From assembly GCA_943704425.1 (NCBI GenBank), contig CALSCP010001488.1, positions 88,416 through 152,415 on the forward strand: a stretch of 64,000 nt of DNA, written 5' to 3'. Origin of the DNA: Ministeria vibrans ATCC 50519. Lineage: Eukaryota > Protista > Filasterea. Of the stretch, positions 14,201 to 27,108 are shown piece by piece. The notes under the pieces are model-generated. The model was not told where the DNA came from, did not search any database, and saw only the letters and a list, made by a program, of their open reading frames with translations. Position numbers and translations under genes: made by a program. Numbering within the stretch: position 1 is the stretch's first letter; every line of letters starts with the position of its first letter.

Positions 14201-17200
14201 ACAGGAACACCAATTGTTGGCCCTTCTCACCGGCGAGACGCAGCACACGCTTGAGGTCTTCTCTCCACTCAACGTTGGTGTACGACTTGGTGATCTCCAC
14301 TTGGAACAGCTGGTAGCCGGCCATGTATGCGGCAAGGCGCATCAACGACTGGCGACCACTGCCGCCTACACCCACCAGAAGCGCATGTCCACGCGGTTGC
14401 TTGATCACTCGACTCACACGTGCCACATGTTCAATGGCAAAGCGGAACAGCACCAGCTCCATGCGCGTCTTGTGCATGTTGTTGTACTCGTCGAGGTTGG
14501 CGGCCGTCGTCGTCTGCAACAAGTCCCAGTCGCGAATCTCTTCGTAGCGCTTCTGTGTGTTGGCCGGATCGCCAAAGTCACAAAAGAGAATTGAGTGGGT
14601 GTCGTTCTCATCGACTACGCCGTCGCCGTCGCCGTCCAAGTGCGCAAACAGCGTGTCAAAGGTGCGCTCAAAACGACAGCGTACCACGCCACGAACGTGC
14701 TGGAAGAGCCACTGCCGATCGTGGTCGTCGACAAGACGGTCGTAGAATACACGGTAGGTCTCGTGGACCCACAGGCGCACGAGCGCGTCGGGGTCGCACA
14801 CAGTCTCGGTGCCGCACAAGAGCACACCCTGGATCACTCGCCCAAAGTCACGCAGGTTGAACAGGTAGTGCGACTTGGCCGGCGTTGGCAACAGATTGTG
14901 CGTCGCGCCGTTGAAGACGTCGAGTGTGGCACGCACCAACTGTGCGGCAGGCTCGCGGAAGAGATCGTCAAAGCCACGCGCGCGAATATGCCAGTTGACA
15001 ATCTCGGAGAAGATGCGCACCATGGTGTGCTCGCCAAATGTGTTGACAGTGAGAGTGTTGAAGTGGCGCGCAAACCGTGGTGTGAGCGTGTTGCGACCGC
15101 CGCCCGGAGGCCCCATGGCGCACACAAGCTGTGTGTCGACAATGCGCTGGGAAGTTGTGTCGCGGCGGTCGTACCACATGCTGTGATCCAGCATCTGGCG
15201 CAGCAGCTCAATCGGGGGCTGTGCGCCGTAGTACTCCTTGGCCGGCATGTTGACGTCGTCGACAAAGAGCACCGCTTTGGTGCCCGCCCGTGGCCCAAAC
15301 ACCCCCTTGCGTCGCTTGTCCAGGTTCGCCATGATAATGTCTTGGACCTGATTAGCACTAGTCTGCGCCGAAAAGTTGATCACCACCGGCTTGTACTGGT
15401 CGTGCGGCAGTCCATGCAGCAGCAAGTCTTGGATGTACAGCGACTTGCCCGTGCCCGTCGGCCCGACCACCATGCACGACTTTTGGTGGCGCACCAGCGA
15501 CTCCACGAGAAACTTGTAGCGCACCGTGTCCACCGTGGGCACAATGATGTCACTGAAAGAGGCGCGGTCGGGAATGCTCCAGTCATCGGGGATCATTGAG
15601 GTCCACCGCTGCCAGCTGCCCGCCATCGTGCTGTCGTCGTCGTCGCCCTTGACATAGCAGAATTCGTAGAGGGAGCGAGCAAGACGTGGATCGTTGTCAC
15701 GGCTATGGTTGGTGCTGCTTATGTTGGGCAGTACATCTTGGCAAAGGGGTGCCCGCAGGTTGGACGAGTCGTCGTAGCCGATCACGACAAATCCATGCTG
15801 CTCCATGAGGGCCGACATGGACGTCTCGGCGGCACAGAGCACATGCACAAACTCACTGAAGCGCAATCGACTCTCTTCATCAATAGGCGAGCCAACAGAC
15901 CAAACGAGAGCAAAGACAAAGATGTTGGGGAGCCGTGCAAGCGCCGTCGCATTACCGCCCATTGTAGCGTACGCCTCGGCATTGGCACAGGCGAGCATCT
16001 CGTCCGACATGCACTCAACAAGGTTCATCAGCGACCGCACCATGTTGATGTCAGTGCACGGCGCCACTTCACGACAACACGCACGCATAAAAGCAAGACA
16101 AGGATCGACAAAACGCTCAAAGAGATGTGTCAGACACGAGCGAACCTCCGAGTCAATCCAAATAGGCAGCGTCGCAAGCCACGAGCGCATCAGCGGACGC
16201 CAGCCCAGCGATGCTGGCTCCATGTAGATCATTCCACAGCGGCTCACCGTCGCCGGAGACGCAACCTCCAAATCCATCGGTTCAAACACCAAATTCATTC
16301 CTATCAAAATAAAATTAATATCAAAAACAACATAAAAATATTAGTTAGTAGTAATACCTTCGGGCATTTGAATGATTTCTCCGCTCGTGAGACAAAGAAT
16401 TTTGTTATCGTCCAGCACAGTGTTCCTAAAACAAGTCGCAAACCGGTAAACGAAAAAAGAAAGAGACAGAGACAGAGAGACAGAGGCAGTGAAGGTACTT
16501 ACACTAGGAGAAAAAAAAAAAAAAAAAGTTAGTCCGCTTCCGCTTTAGGGGGTTTTTTTCTTCTTTTCTTCCTTTTTTCGTACTTGATTCAATCCAAATG
16601 GCATCGACAGGACCGTCAAAGATGAGCCACTTTGTGTCTGAGGACTGACTCACGGCAAAAGCACGAAAGGCGTTTGCAAGAATGCCATCGCTCCACTCGT
16701 GCGAGACGGGATCAAAGGACCCGTACAGCTGGCCGAGGGTAATACTCTTGGGATTGATGATGCGAGACTGGATTCCGACGTAATCGCCAACCGAGCGCGC
16801 CTTGAGTGCGTTCATGGCGCCCATCAACACCTTGCATGCCGACGACTTGCCGCCAAAGGGCTCTCCAACAACCATAAAGCCGTGACGCACAATCATCATC
16901 TCGTAGATCTGCAGCACTTTCGACACAAACACCGGTTCAGGTTGCAGATTCAACACACGGCACTGCTCATGGATGGCAGGGAGAAGAGCATCATAGTCGG
17001 GCACAGGCAGACGCACTCCAGGAAACAGATCGCTCGTAATGCCCTCAAACAGTGGCAAGTCGTGCGCAAGGAATTTCGCTACACGAGAGAGGAAGAAATG
17101 AATTTTATAATAATAAAAGGACGTTGTAGCTGTTGTTGTGTCTTACGGAGATTAACGTCGTTGATGGAACGCAACATAATGATGTCTTCGTTCTCGTCGG

Positions 17201-20200
17201 GGTACTTGAGCTTGAGGTTTCCGGCGGCAGTGAGAACAGACTTGACCGCGCGCATTCCATAGTCGTAGTGGTGTTGTGACGACAGCTGCTCGCTGCACAG
17301 ACGATATGTGGCGACAATCTTACGCGAGAGCGCCCGTGCATTGACAAACCCATACGAGTACAGAAGAATTTCTGCAATGAGAGCGTAGTCGGGGACCATC
17401 ATGGCCACGGTGCGGAACAGTGCCTTGAGGTTGTCTAGCATAACACAATAACAATAATATAAAATTAATAACAATAATTATAACATAAAAAAGATAATAA
17501 TAATAATAATAATTATTATGATGATGATGATAATAATAATAATAGTTATTATTACTACGCAACAATCAAGTACAGTATAATGATTGTACAAATCATTTTC
17601 ACTTTCTTTCTCTTTGTCTTCCTCTTTCTCGTTCTCTTTGTACGTGTACCTGGCAACTCGGAACGGCCAGCATAGCCAGGGTTCATGGTGATGAAAACAC
17701 TGCACGTGGGATCGAGCGAGATCTCAGTGCCTTCAAAGAGGAAGCGACGTAAACCCTGGTTGATGCCCACTTGAATGGTCAGAATCTGCTGGGCAATGAC
17801 AGAGAGAACTTCGAGTTCAATGCGGTTGAACTCGTCAAAGCACGACCAAGCGCCACACGAAGCAAGACCCTTAAAAAATTTGCCCATGGCGATGTAGTCG
17901 AGACCATCGGAGCAGTTGAACACCACACACTGTTTAGCGACCGCCTTGGCCAAATCTTTGACCGTCTCCGTCTTGCCAGTCCCTGCAGGTCCCTCCGGCG
18001 CTCCGCCCAAGTGCAAGTGCAGTGCGCCAAAGAGTGTGCGATAACACCGGTCCGTTAGTGGCGTAATGACCAGTCTTCCTGTATTTCCAATGTATTCGTA
18101 GCCGTACGCCAGCTGCGAGTTGATCATTCGTGTCATCACATTGTTGTCCTGGATAAAGAACGAAAGGAAGTAAAAAAAAAGTAAATAATTTATAGAACGA
18201 GTGTCAAAACAGGACAATATGCAAAATAAATATGTAAAATAGTAACACTAAAATTGCTTTGTGACAGATCATCATTGTACCTCCCAATAGTAACGCATTT
18301 GACTGAGCCAGGCAAAGTCCTTTTCGTCGGTGACGTGTCCATCAACGAGGCCCTGAAGGACATCACGGGCGTGCACATCAATGACCACAAGTGCGCCCAG
18401 AGTGCGACGGTTCATCTTGTTGAGCTTGCCGCGCACAAGCTTGACAATGTCCTCGATTTGCGCCGAGCACTGTGCTAGATAGGCAGCGACGTGCGACTCG
18501 CCAGCTTGAATAGCAGCATGTACGTCTTTGGTCCAGAACACTTGGTTCACGGCAATGACAACCTGTCCGGGCCACGAGACGACCCACTGGATGCGCTCGT
18601 CGTCCTCGTAGCACGCGAGAGCCTCCGTCGTCACCCGGTGCACTGCCTCCAGCATAGCTGTTTCTAGCTGGATCAGCCATCGTTCCACCTGCCCACGCGC
18701 CGCCACAGTGTTGATTGGATGGCTCAATGCCACTAGTTCACCCTCGCTAACAAAGAGAAAAACAATAAAAATGATCAGAAACACCAAGGGGAGGATGCAA
18801 TAATAATTTTCATTTCTCACTGATACCTGCTCTGCATGTGAGTGATTTCAAGGTCGTCGGTGAAGGAGAGTTTGGCAATACCCTGAAAGCACTTCTTAAG
18901 GTGGGGTTGGACCCGTCGGGGATCCTTGGTCTCGCTGAGGATCTCGAGTAGTTCGTCGTCGCTAAGGAAAAAGAAGCGAGGGAAGGCGAGGCGCTTCTTC
19001 TCAAGGTAGCGATTGAGACCGTTGCGAACGACGTCAAGCATTTCGTTGGCGCTGCGGAGACGATCGCGCATGTTTTCGATACTCGTGACGGTGAGAACGT
19101 GGCGATCGACGAGCGCGGCGGCCATAAGCTCGCGCCACGTCTTGTCGACCAGATTGAATTTGCGGCCCTCTTCGGGCATTTGTGCGTTGATGTCGGGCGA
19201 CGAGAAGATAAGCTCAAGCGAGAGCCATGTCGCCTGCACCTTGAGCCACTCGTCAATGATTTCCTGCATAAGCATGAGACGCGCCTCCCATGCGTGCACC
19301 TCGGCCTCGCTGGCCTTCGCAAAGGGTGATCCGCGCATCGTCTGCGTTCGCACAATGTGGTCCTCGAGTAGCATTTGGATCTCGTCGATGGCCGTTAGAA
19401 TGGACGTGCCCGAGTCGCGGTAGGGCACCATACTGAACTCCATAGCGTCCCAATCGGTTCGCATGCGCTCGAGGGCCTTCTCCAGAGAGTATTCCTTTGT
19501 GGCGAGTTCGCTAATGGTCGAGAAGGCATCGACAAAGCGTTCGAGATCGAGACGGAAAAAGTCGCGCAGGTGCGACTTTTCCGACGGTCGAATGTCGCGT
19601 CCACACGCTTTGCTCATTTGCGACCAGTGACGGTCCTTGAGGCCCGGCACACAAATGCATTGTATGAGTGGCATGCGTAGACGGAACGCGTCGACTTCGC
19701 CACGCGTCTTCTGTGCCAACTGCAACGGCTCAGGCTCGCTTGCAAACGCCTTCTGGGCCTTGTACAGGGCACGCCAGCACGCGCCTGTCTCCGTCTCGAC
19801 TGTATCCGCTTCCACTTCGCAAAAGGCACCGTCCATCCACAGCGCCTCGCAGCGGTTCCAGTCGACAATGGCCGCGTACAGTTCGGTGTAGGGCTCAAGC
19901 TTGAGCGTGAGCGACTCGCGTGAAGGATACTCGGTGAGTGACCAGCCAAAGGCCGTCTCTTCGCTGTTGAACGACGTGATTTTCTGACTCGCCAGCTCGA
20001 GTCGCGACTTGAGTGCATTGGACTTCTTCTGGTAGCGCTGCACCTCGCCGTGATCGCCCCAGCCAGCAAGTTCGCCCACTTGCGTTTCGAGCGTCGCCAG
20101 GTCGGCGACAAACTTGCGACGGCGCGCAACGAGATCGTCTTCAAGGCGTTTGCGTGCGCTCCGCATAATTACGCCGTGCTCGTCGAGCACCACATCGATG

Positions 20201-22867
20201 CGCTGCGGCCAACTGAACGTGGCAATATTCTGGGCAACGTCGTCGGAACTAACCGTCGCGTGGCTCACGAGGAACTCAAGATGAGCGCGTGCCGTTTCGA
20301 TGTCGTCGTCGAGGGCGCGCAGTGTGCGGCGCTGCACCTCGTTCGTGTACGCTTTGACATCCATAAATTGTTCGGTGTTAGCCGGCACGGTCAGCGCCTT
20401 GTCGCTGATCTCTTGGAAGCGTGCACATATGCGTGCATTAGCCAGACAAGTGTCGCGTGCAACGCGCTCGACGAGACGGTCCGCAAGCGCTTCGGCACGC
20501 TCAGCGATGGCATTGTTAAGCTGGGCACAGTACAGATCGATCATGCCCATCGCCACATAGTCGACTGTGTTGTAGCGGGCGTCGTGTGCAATAGCACGGA
20601 ACCGAAGAATCTCGGCGGTAAACTCTTCAAACGTGTGTTGCTGCGGCGCCTTGGCCCTGGGCACACCATTGTCGTCGACATCCTCCTCATTGTCGTCATC
20701 ATCCTCGCCTTCGACGTCCTCGTCGCCCTCGTTGTTGTTGTCACCCTTGTGCTTGCGGGTACCACGTGCAATGCCTGCAAGAAACTCGTCGACGTGGTGC
20801 TGTGCCTCGCCAGTCACAATGGACGCAAATTTGGTGTAATGAGCGAGATAGGACTGAGGCTGGAGCTGAGCAGCACAGAAGACGCCTGTGACCTGCTCCT
20901 TGAGCTGGGCAATCAGCGATTCCTCGCTGTACGGCACAATGTAGTCGCTGCGCGGCCCTTGGGCATAAATGGAGGGAGCAACGCGAGCGGCATCGCTGGT
21001 CGGGTGGGGGAGGCATACGACGGCGTCGAGCATGCGGTCAAAGACGGCGAGCACACTGGAGAGGAGCGTCTCAAAGGATGGCTCAAAGTGCATCGAGGTG
21101 CTGCCGAGGACGAGACGCACGACAAAGCGAGGAGGTCGCACAGGCCAGGCGGCCGTGTAGAGGTCGCGGTAGTCGTGGAGGCTGGCGTAAAGTGACTCAT
21201 GGGCGAGATTTGCAGTGAGCGTTGCCACGGCGGCCACGAGCGATTCGTCCTGCTGCTCCCGCTGCTGCTGCTCGAGCTGCGCCAGAATGTGCGACTGGAA
21301 ACGCACGCCAATGTCTTCGCGGTAAGCATGTAAATGTTGAGTGATGAGCGAGTCAAAGGCAGTGAGTTCCAGAGCAGAAGAAAGAGTCGTGGTGTCGTTG
21401 CTGGTAGACGAAGCCATGAGCGCACGCGTGTCGACAAGGCGGGTGTGGGCATGATCGCGGTGCCAGGTCGAGAGAATAGAGCGGAGTGCCGGCTGAACCG
21501 ACTGCAGTGAGGTGGTGAGAGATGTGCGAGCGTCGGTGAAAGATCGATGCCAGGGTGAGGGCACGAGACGCAGTTCGGGCTCAAGGTTCATGCGATCGTC
21601 GTCGGCAAGCAACTGTTGCTTTGCGCGCGGATCGCGCAGCACAAAGTCTACAATGGCTTTTTTCACGGACAACAAGTAGTCGTCGCGCATTTCATCGCCG
21701 AGCTGTTCGGTGAGTTGCTCGAGTTTGTCGGTGCCGCTGAGGCGAGTCGGAATGCGTTCGCGCACATTGGCATACCACTGTTCTTCCATTGGCGCGACGT
21801 GCTCCGTGTCGATGCCGTTGTTGACGTAATAATAGTAGCGAGCGAGTTCCTTCTCGGTGGGTGACGCGGGGCGGTCGTGGACAAGGTCTCGAATGGGTGG
21901 AAGCTGCGGTGGCGGCGGAGGCGGTCCGTGTTTCTCTGTATCCTGCTGCACAACAATGTTGACGAGAGCGTTGCGAAAGGCCTCACGATCGCGCTTTGTG
22001 TTGATCAGTTGGCGACCGCCGGGTGCCTGCAGAGTCGCTTGCACCGGAGGTACACCTTGGCTTTCGCTCTCGGACCAAAGATGGCGACCGCTTCGACGAG
22101 ACGCGGGAGACGATGTGAGAGCCGGCGCGAACATGCAACGCACGGAGTGGTCTGTTGGCTGCATTGCAGAGGCAGCAGCAGCAGCAACAGAGGGTGTGAT
22201 TGAGTCTACAAGCCATGCTGGGGTGGGTGCTGTAGGCGGTGGAATGGACGATCGCCGGCGTTTCACAAGAGTCGCGGGGGTTGCTAAGGAAAAACAGTGA
22301 AATAATCAGTGAGGAGGAATTATAATTGCGCTGTGCTTTGAGTGGATGCATGAGTGCATGTATGTGTATGTGTGTGTGTGAATGTATAGGTGGAGGTGGA
22401 GTTGGTGCAGATGGGTAGATTTGAGGCAGTGTTTGTGCGTACGTTCTTGTTGATGCGATGCGCCTGTTTCAGTTTCTCGCCATTCCGGCGAATCCTGCAA
22501 CAAAGAACGGACAAGAGATGAGTGATTGTGGCGTCACATGGTTGCATTAAAGTATTCTTCGTGAAGAAAGAGAGCGTGTTGCGAGCAGGAAATAGTTTGG
22601 GAAACGGCTGCTAGGGGCAACGGAGGCAAAGACGAGAAAGAGGAGTGGACGGATGCCGGGACTGCCGAGAGGACGAGAGTGCGTTTATTTGACTTATTCT
22701 CTGTAGTCCCTGTGAAGATTCCTCGCGATGGCTGACAGTAGGAAAGCAGTAAAGGAAACGGAAAGGAAACATTGAAATTTATGATCATTCTTTACCAGAG
22801 GTCCGGTACGAGAAGCAAGGTTGGATCCCTGTGAGAGTCCTCGAGCAATGTTTGGGTGGCCGCTCAT
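8269..22867 (-). CDS. DNAH7: Axonemal inner-arm dynein heavy chain, DNAH7-type; about 20 introns
   Basis: P-loops [24 protein letters not shown] and GVGGSGRQS; FPRFFFLS; DNAH7-type N-terminus [21 protein letters not shown]...[18 protein letters not shown]; C-terminus ...[15 protein letters not shown] (stop 8269-8271). Junctions in the conserved region are phase-consistent once the 1-nt exon is included. The 5'-most exons and the start at 22867 are tentative. Confidence 0.93.
16503..16503 (-). other. Predicted single-nucleotide exon (T) of the dynein gene
   Basis: Minus strand reads GAA TCA A|gtacga...actaac(T)n ctcctag|T|gtaagt...ttttag|G AAC ACT GTG CTG GAC GAT AAC. A+T+G gives the conserved Met. 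Confidence 0.85.
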
Positions 22868-23513
22868 TGAGGAGAGGGAAAGAGTCTAAACTTTGAGTGG
22901 TGTTTCAGATAAATTTTTATCACTTATTTTATTTTAATTCTCCCCCCCCCCCCTGTTGAGAAACTCTACTTGTTACTTGTTACTTGTTGATACGCTGAAC
23001 TACAGGCGTTGGTTTTTGTTTTTGTTTTTTTTTTGTTTTTGAGTTCACACAAAGTCAAACGGAAGTCAAACGTACGTAACAAAAAAAAAAAAAAAAAAAA
23101 AAAAAACGCCTTTCCCCGTGCCATTTCTACTCTCCACGCCCTTTATGGTCACTTGACCTTCCTCTTGGCGTCGACCTGCGTCACTTTTGACTATGAACTT
23201 TTTCACTGGGTTGATGAAATCATTTCATTGGCCGACACTGTCAGTTGTCGTCGAGTCCCCTCGCGCACGCTGTTCCCGGCCCATTTCGCCCTGCTTCTTA
23301 CTTCGAGTGCCCTCCGGCACACTCTGCTGTGCTCTACGTGTTGTGGTTGAAGCACTTTACAATCTAGGACGACATACCTATAAAAAAAATCCCAAAATAC
23401 TTAAGCTCGCGCTGTGTTCATCTCCAGCGCCGCTCTGCACGGCCACGGCGTGTCCCTGTCTCCTCCCCCCCCTCACTCACACTAAGCCCTCACCCCTCCC
23501 GCTCTTCCAGGCC

Positions 23514-24255
23514 ATGGCGGGTGCAATGGACGATAAGTTTCTTGCCGATTTGGTTCTCGCTGAGTTCCACAACTTCTCCGACTTGGACAGCAGCACCTCC
23601 GTGTCGGCAGCCGCGAGCCCCGACGCGTCGACCACCATGGCGAACACATCTTCGGAGGACGACGGCGAGATCGACGAGACGATGGCATCGCTGGCACAAA
23701 GCGAATGCAGCGAGGACTTCAAGGACTTCTCCTTCCTCATGGACGCCGTTTCGCCCGCCGCTGCGTCCGAGTCGTCTCTGTCAAGCATTGCCGGCTCGTC
23801 TTCTCCGCCACCACTACCGCATCTTTCATCGTCGTCGTCGTCGTCGCCATCGGCCCTGTCGTCGTCTTCGCGTCACCATGTTCGCTCCGCCTCCACCGGC
23901 AGCTGCGTCAGCCATGAAGCTTTTCCCGCCTTGGACGTCGCCGCCCCGACGCCGCCGCCTCCTTCACTCCGTCGTCACACTACTACAACCAACAACAACA
24001 CAGTTTCCTCTCCTGCTGTGCCACCACCACCATCAATGCACGCGTCGACGCTTAGCGCCCAAGCACCGCCAATGTCTCTCCCGCCCAATGTCAATGCGAC
24101 GGCACTCGCTTCTGCCATGGCTGCCGCTTCCGCCGCCGGCGGTACCCATTCCCTTGCACCACCCAATGCAGCGACCCTCTCCACCATGATGTCCAACCCC
24201 ATGCTCGCCTCCATGTTCACCATGCATCGTCAAATCGCCCAGATCACAATGCAGC

Positions 24256-24293
<38 letters not shown>

Positions 24294-26840
24294 CCGACAC
24301 AGCCACAACAGGCAACGACAAAGACAGTGGCGTCCCGTACCCGACAAGCACCTCAGAAGCAAGCGCCACCCCTCGTAACCGCGCCTCCTCCCCTGGTTGG
24401 CATGATGCCAAAGATGCCCATCCAGCGCTTGCCCAGTGCGCCCGTCAGCACTGTGCGTCCGGCAAGTGCCGCCGACAAGCGAGTGCAACACAACGCTGTC
24501 GAGCGTCGCTACCGCAACACCATCAATGAGCGCATCAACGAGCTGCGCAAAATTATTCCCGAGTGCCGCGGTTCCACCGACACAACGTCGTCGCTCGCCG
24601 CTGACCAGTCGGGCATCAAGATGCACAAGGCGACCGTCCTCGCCAAGGCCATTGAGTACATTGCGCGTCTCGAGGCCGACAATGCCCTGCTTACTCGCCG
24701 TCTTGAGAAGGCGACGCTGCGCAACCGCAACAGTGGTCTGGAGCGCAGCAGCGGAAGCACTCATCGCCTCAAGCGAACCGCCGCAAGCGCACTCGATGAC
24801 GACGACGACGAGGAGGAGGAGGAGGAGGATATTTTGCGCGCTCATCGTGGTGTCGAGCGAGACATTAGCATGGATGCGGGTGCGGGTGACGAGCTCAGTG
24901 ACGACGATGACGCCGGCAACGACGATGGCGACGAGCTTGTCATGAAGATTGATCGGAGCGCCGTCGTGTCGAGTGAGACAGCAAAGGCCGCTTTGGCGTC
25001 GTCGAGTGTGCAAGACGGACGCAAGAGCAAGCGCCAGCGTGTCCATGCGCCTGGCATGACATCGGACCGCTCGCGTGCCGTCATGTTCACTCTGCTTTTC
25101 ATCTGCGTCGCGTTTAACCCGGTCGCCAACCATTTTGGCGACGCTTCCTCCTTCTCAGCGTCCTCGTCCTCGGGTGCTCTCCATGGCGCTACTGGGGCTT
25201 CACGCTCACTCAGCGGTACCGGCGAGCCCACAACGGACCACAGCATCTGGATCATGTCCGTGCTCTTCAACGTGGTGCTATCGCTTGCCTGTCTTGTCCT
25301 CTGCTTTCTTGGTGAGCCTGTCGTGCAAGTAGGCACGGCCCAGTTTGAGCAGGCGCGCCAACATCAGAACAAGGCGCAGTCGGCGCGCTCGGTTGCCGAA
25401 CAGCGTCGACATGTGTGTGCGACGCTTGAGGCACTCGGACGACCCGTTCCCTCAGCCTCGCTGGCTGATCTGCTTGTGGCAAGTCTGTGGCAGTCGGTGC
25501 GCCAGGTGAGCCATCGCCTGTGGTTTGGTCAGATTCTCGATCGTCTCGTGTGCACGCGTAACCAACACTCGCTCGAGTCGACGCGCCTAGCAGTCTCGGC
25601 ACTGCATCGTCTGCACGCCGTCGAGCCCCCACTCTCGTGGTCTCGCGCCGTCATTGCTCTCACGGCACTCAACCTCGCCGAGGCAACCAACGACTGGAAG
25701 CTCATGGAGCGCGCCCGTGTTGCCGTGTCGCTTGAGCTCGAAATGGCCGCCATTGTAGTGCCCTGGCCCGCCTCGGTGCTGCTCGAGACGCTCGCTTGGG
25801 CCATGCTGCGTCTTGCACGTGTCTCCAAGGGCGCCGCAGTGTCGTGCCCGCTTGGCTGGCTGCCGGGCGCCGCGTCGACCTTTATGTTGGAGCAGCCGTC
25901 GCTGTGGACGAGCCGTGTCATCTCGGCGGCCACCACTACCCCGGGCGATGTGGTCTCGCAGTTTGGCAAGGCGTATCGCGACGTGACTCTCAACGATGCG
26001 TTTGCCTACCTGTGTGGTCGCGACAACGATGATTACGCCACCGAGCTGCTTGCCGATGTGTGCGAGTGTGCCGACGTTGCAAACGACCTCCACGCGCAAT
26101 GGTGGGCCTGTCTCGGACTTGCCGAGGTGCAGTGGCGCCGTGGAAACAACACGACTGCCATGCAACTGCTTGCGCGTGCCGACTCACTCGCATCCTCGAC
26201 CCGTCTTGCCTTGAGCGCAAGTCAGCGTTCGCTGCGCGTCTCGTTTGCCGCACTTGTCCACCTGCACACGGACGGAGGTAGTGAGGCACTCGGTGCGGTG
26301 GAGGCTGCGTCGCGCATTGTGTCGCGTGCCGGTGAGCAGATTGCGTCGCACGACGCATCACTGCTCAACTCACTCGAGCAGGCAGCCCTGCTTATTTCAC
26401 TGGGCAACATGCTCGGCGCTCGTCTTCGTCTTTGGCGCTGGATCAAATCGCAGCATGATGTGCCCCAGAACGCTACCGCACAGCTCATGGCGCGCCTCGC
26501 GTCCGGCGTCAACGCCGATCTCGCTGTGCTTACGCACCTGGCCGCCGTGTACCCCGCCGCTCTCCCTTGCCTCTACATGCACCAGGGGGTTGTCCGCGTG
26601 CTCACGGGCGCCTCGGGCCCACGCACCGCCCAGTTCTTCCAGCGTGCAGCGCGCGAAGCGTCGTCCACCTACGACCGTGCTGTTGCCTTCCTGCGTCTCT
26701 CCGAGTGCCACGAGGCCATGGGCAACCGCAATGCCTGTCATGAGCCCCTCGAGCGCGCCACGCGTCTCTTCGAGTCTCTTAATGCCCCTCCTCACCTCGC
26801 GGCCTGTCGTGGTCTCAGAAAAAGAATAGTTGCCCATTAA
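23514..26840 (+). CDS. SREBP: Sterol regulatory element-binding protein (bHLH-zip, two TM segments, animal-type C-terminal regulatory domain); coding region intronless
   Basis: bHLH KRVQHNAVERRYRNTINERINEL with the diagnostic Tyr; KMHKATVLAKAIEYI; DRSR before TM1; FNP in TM1; luminal RSLS; FLGEPV after TM2; GRPVP...LWQSVRQVSHRLWFG. The ATG follows a candidate 3' splice site (ttccag|GCCATG), so the ORF-track start at 23187 is probably not real. Confidence 0.93.
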
Positions 26841-27108
26841 GTCAATCATCATAATTTTAATACAATAATACTATTATTATTTTTATTACCACAACGTCTT
26901 GTTTATACTATTGTTCTTCTTTATCGTATTTTCTATTGTAGTCGTCCAAAAGAGAAATTGAAAATGTGAAATAACTAGTGGGTTGCTGTTGAAATTTTGC
27001 TGTTGGTTGTACTTTCTTTTTTCCTCTCTCTCTCCCTTCTCCCTCTCGCTCTCTCCCTCTCGCTCTCTCTCTCTCTCTCCCTCTCTCTGGCGCGTGTGAA
27101 GCTGACTC

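Noticed and set aside
23187-23513. 109-aa N-terminal extension of SREBP in the ORF track
   Set aside because: Starts at a non-ATG codon and ends in a branch site, pyrimidine tract and AG just before GCCATG, so it is probably 5' UTR or intron.
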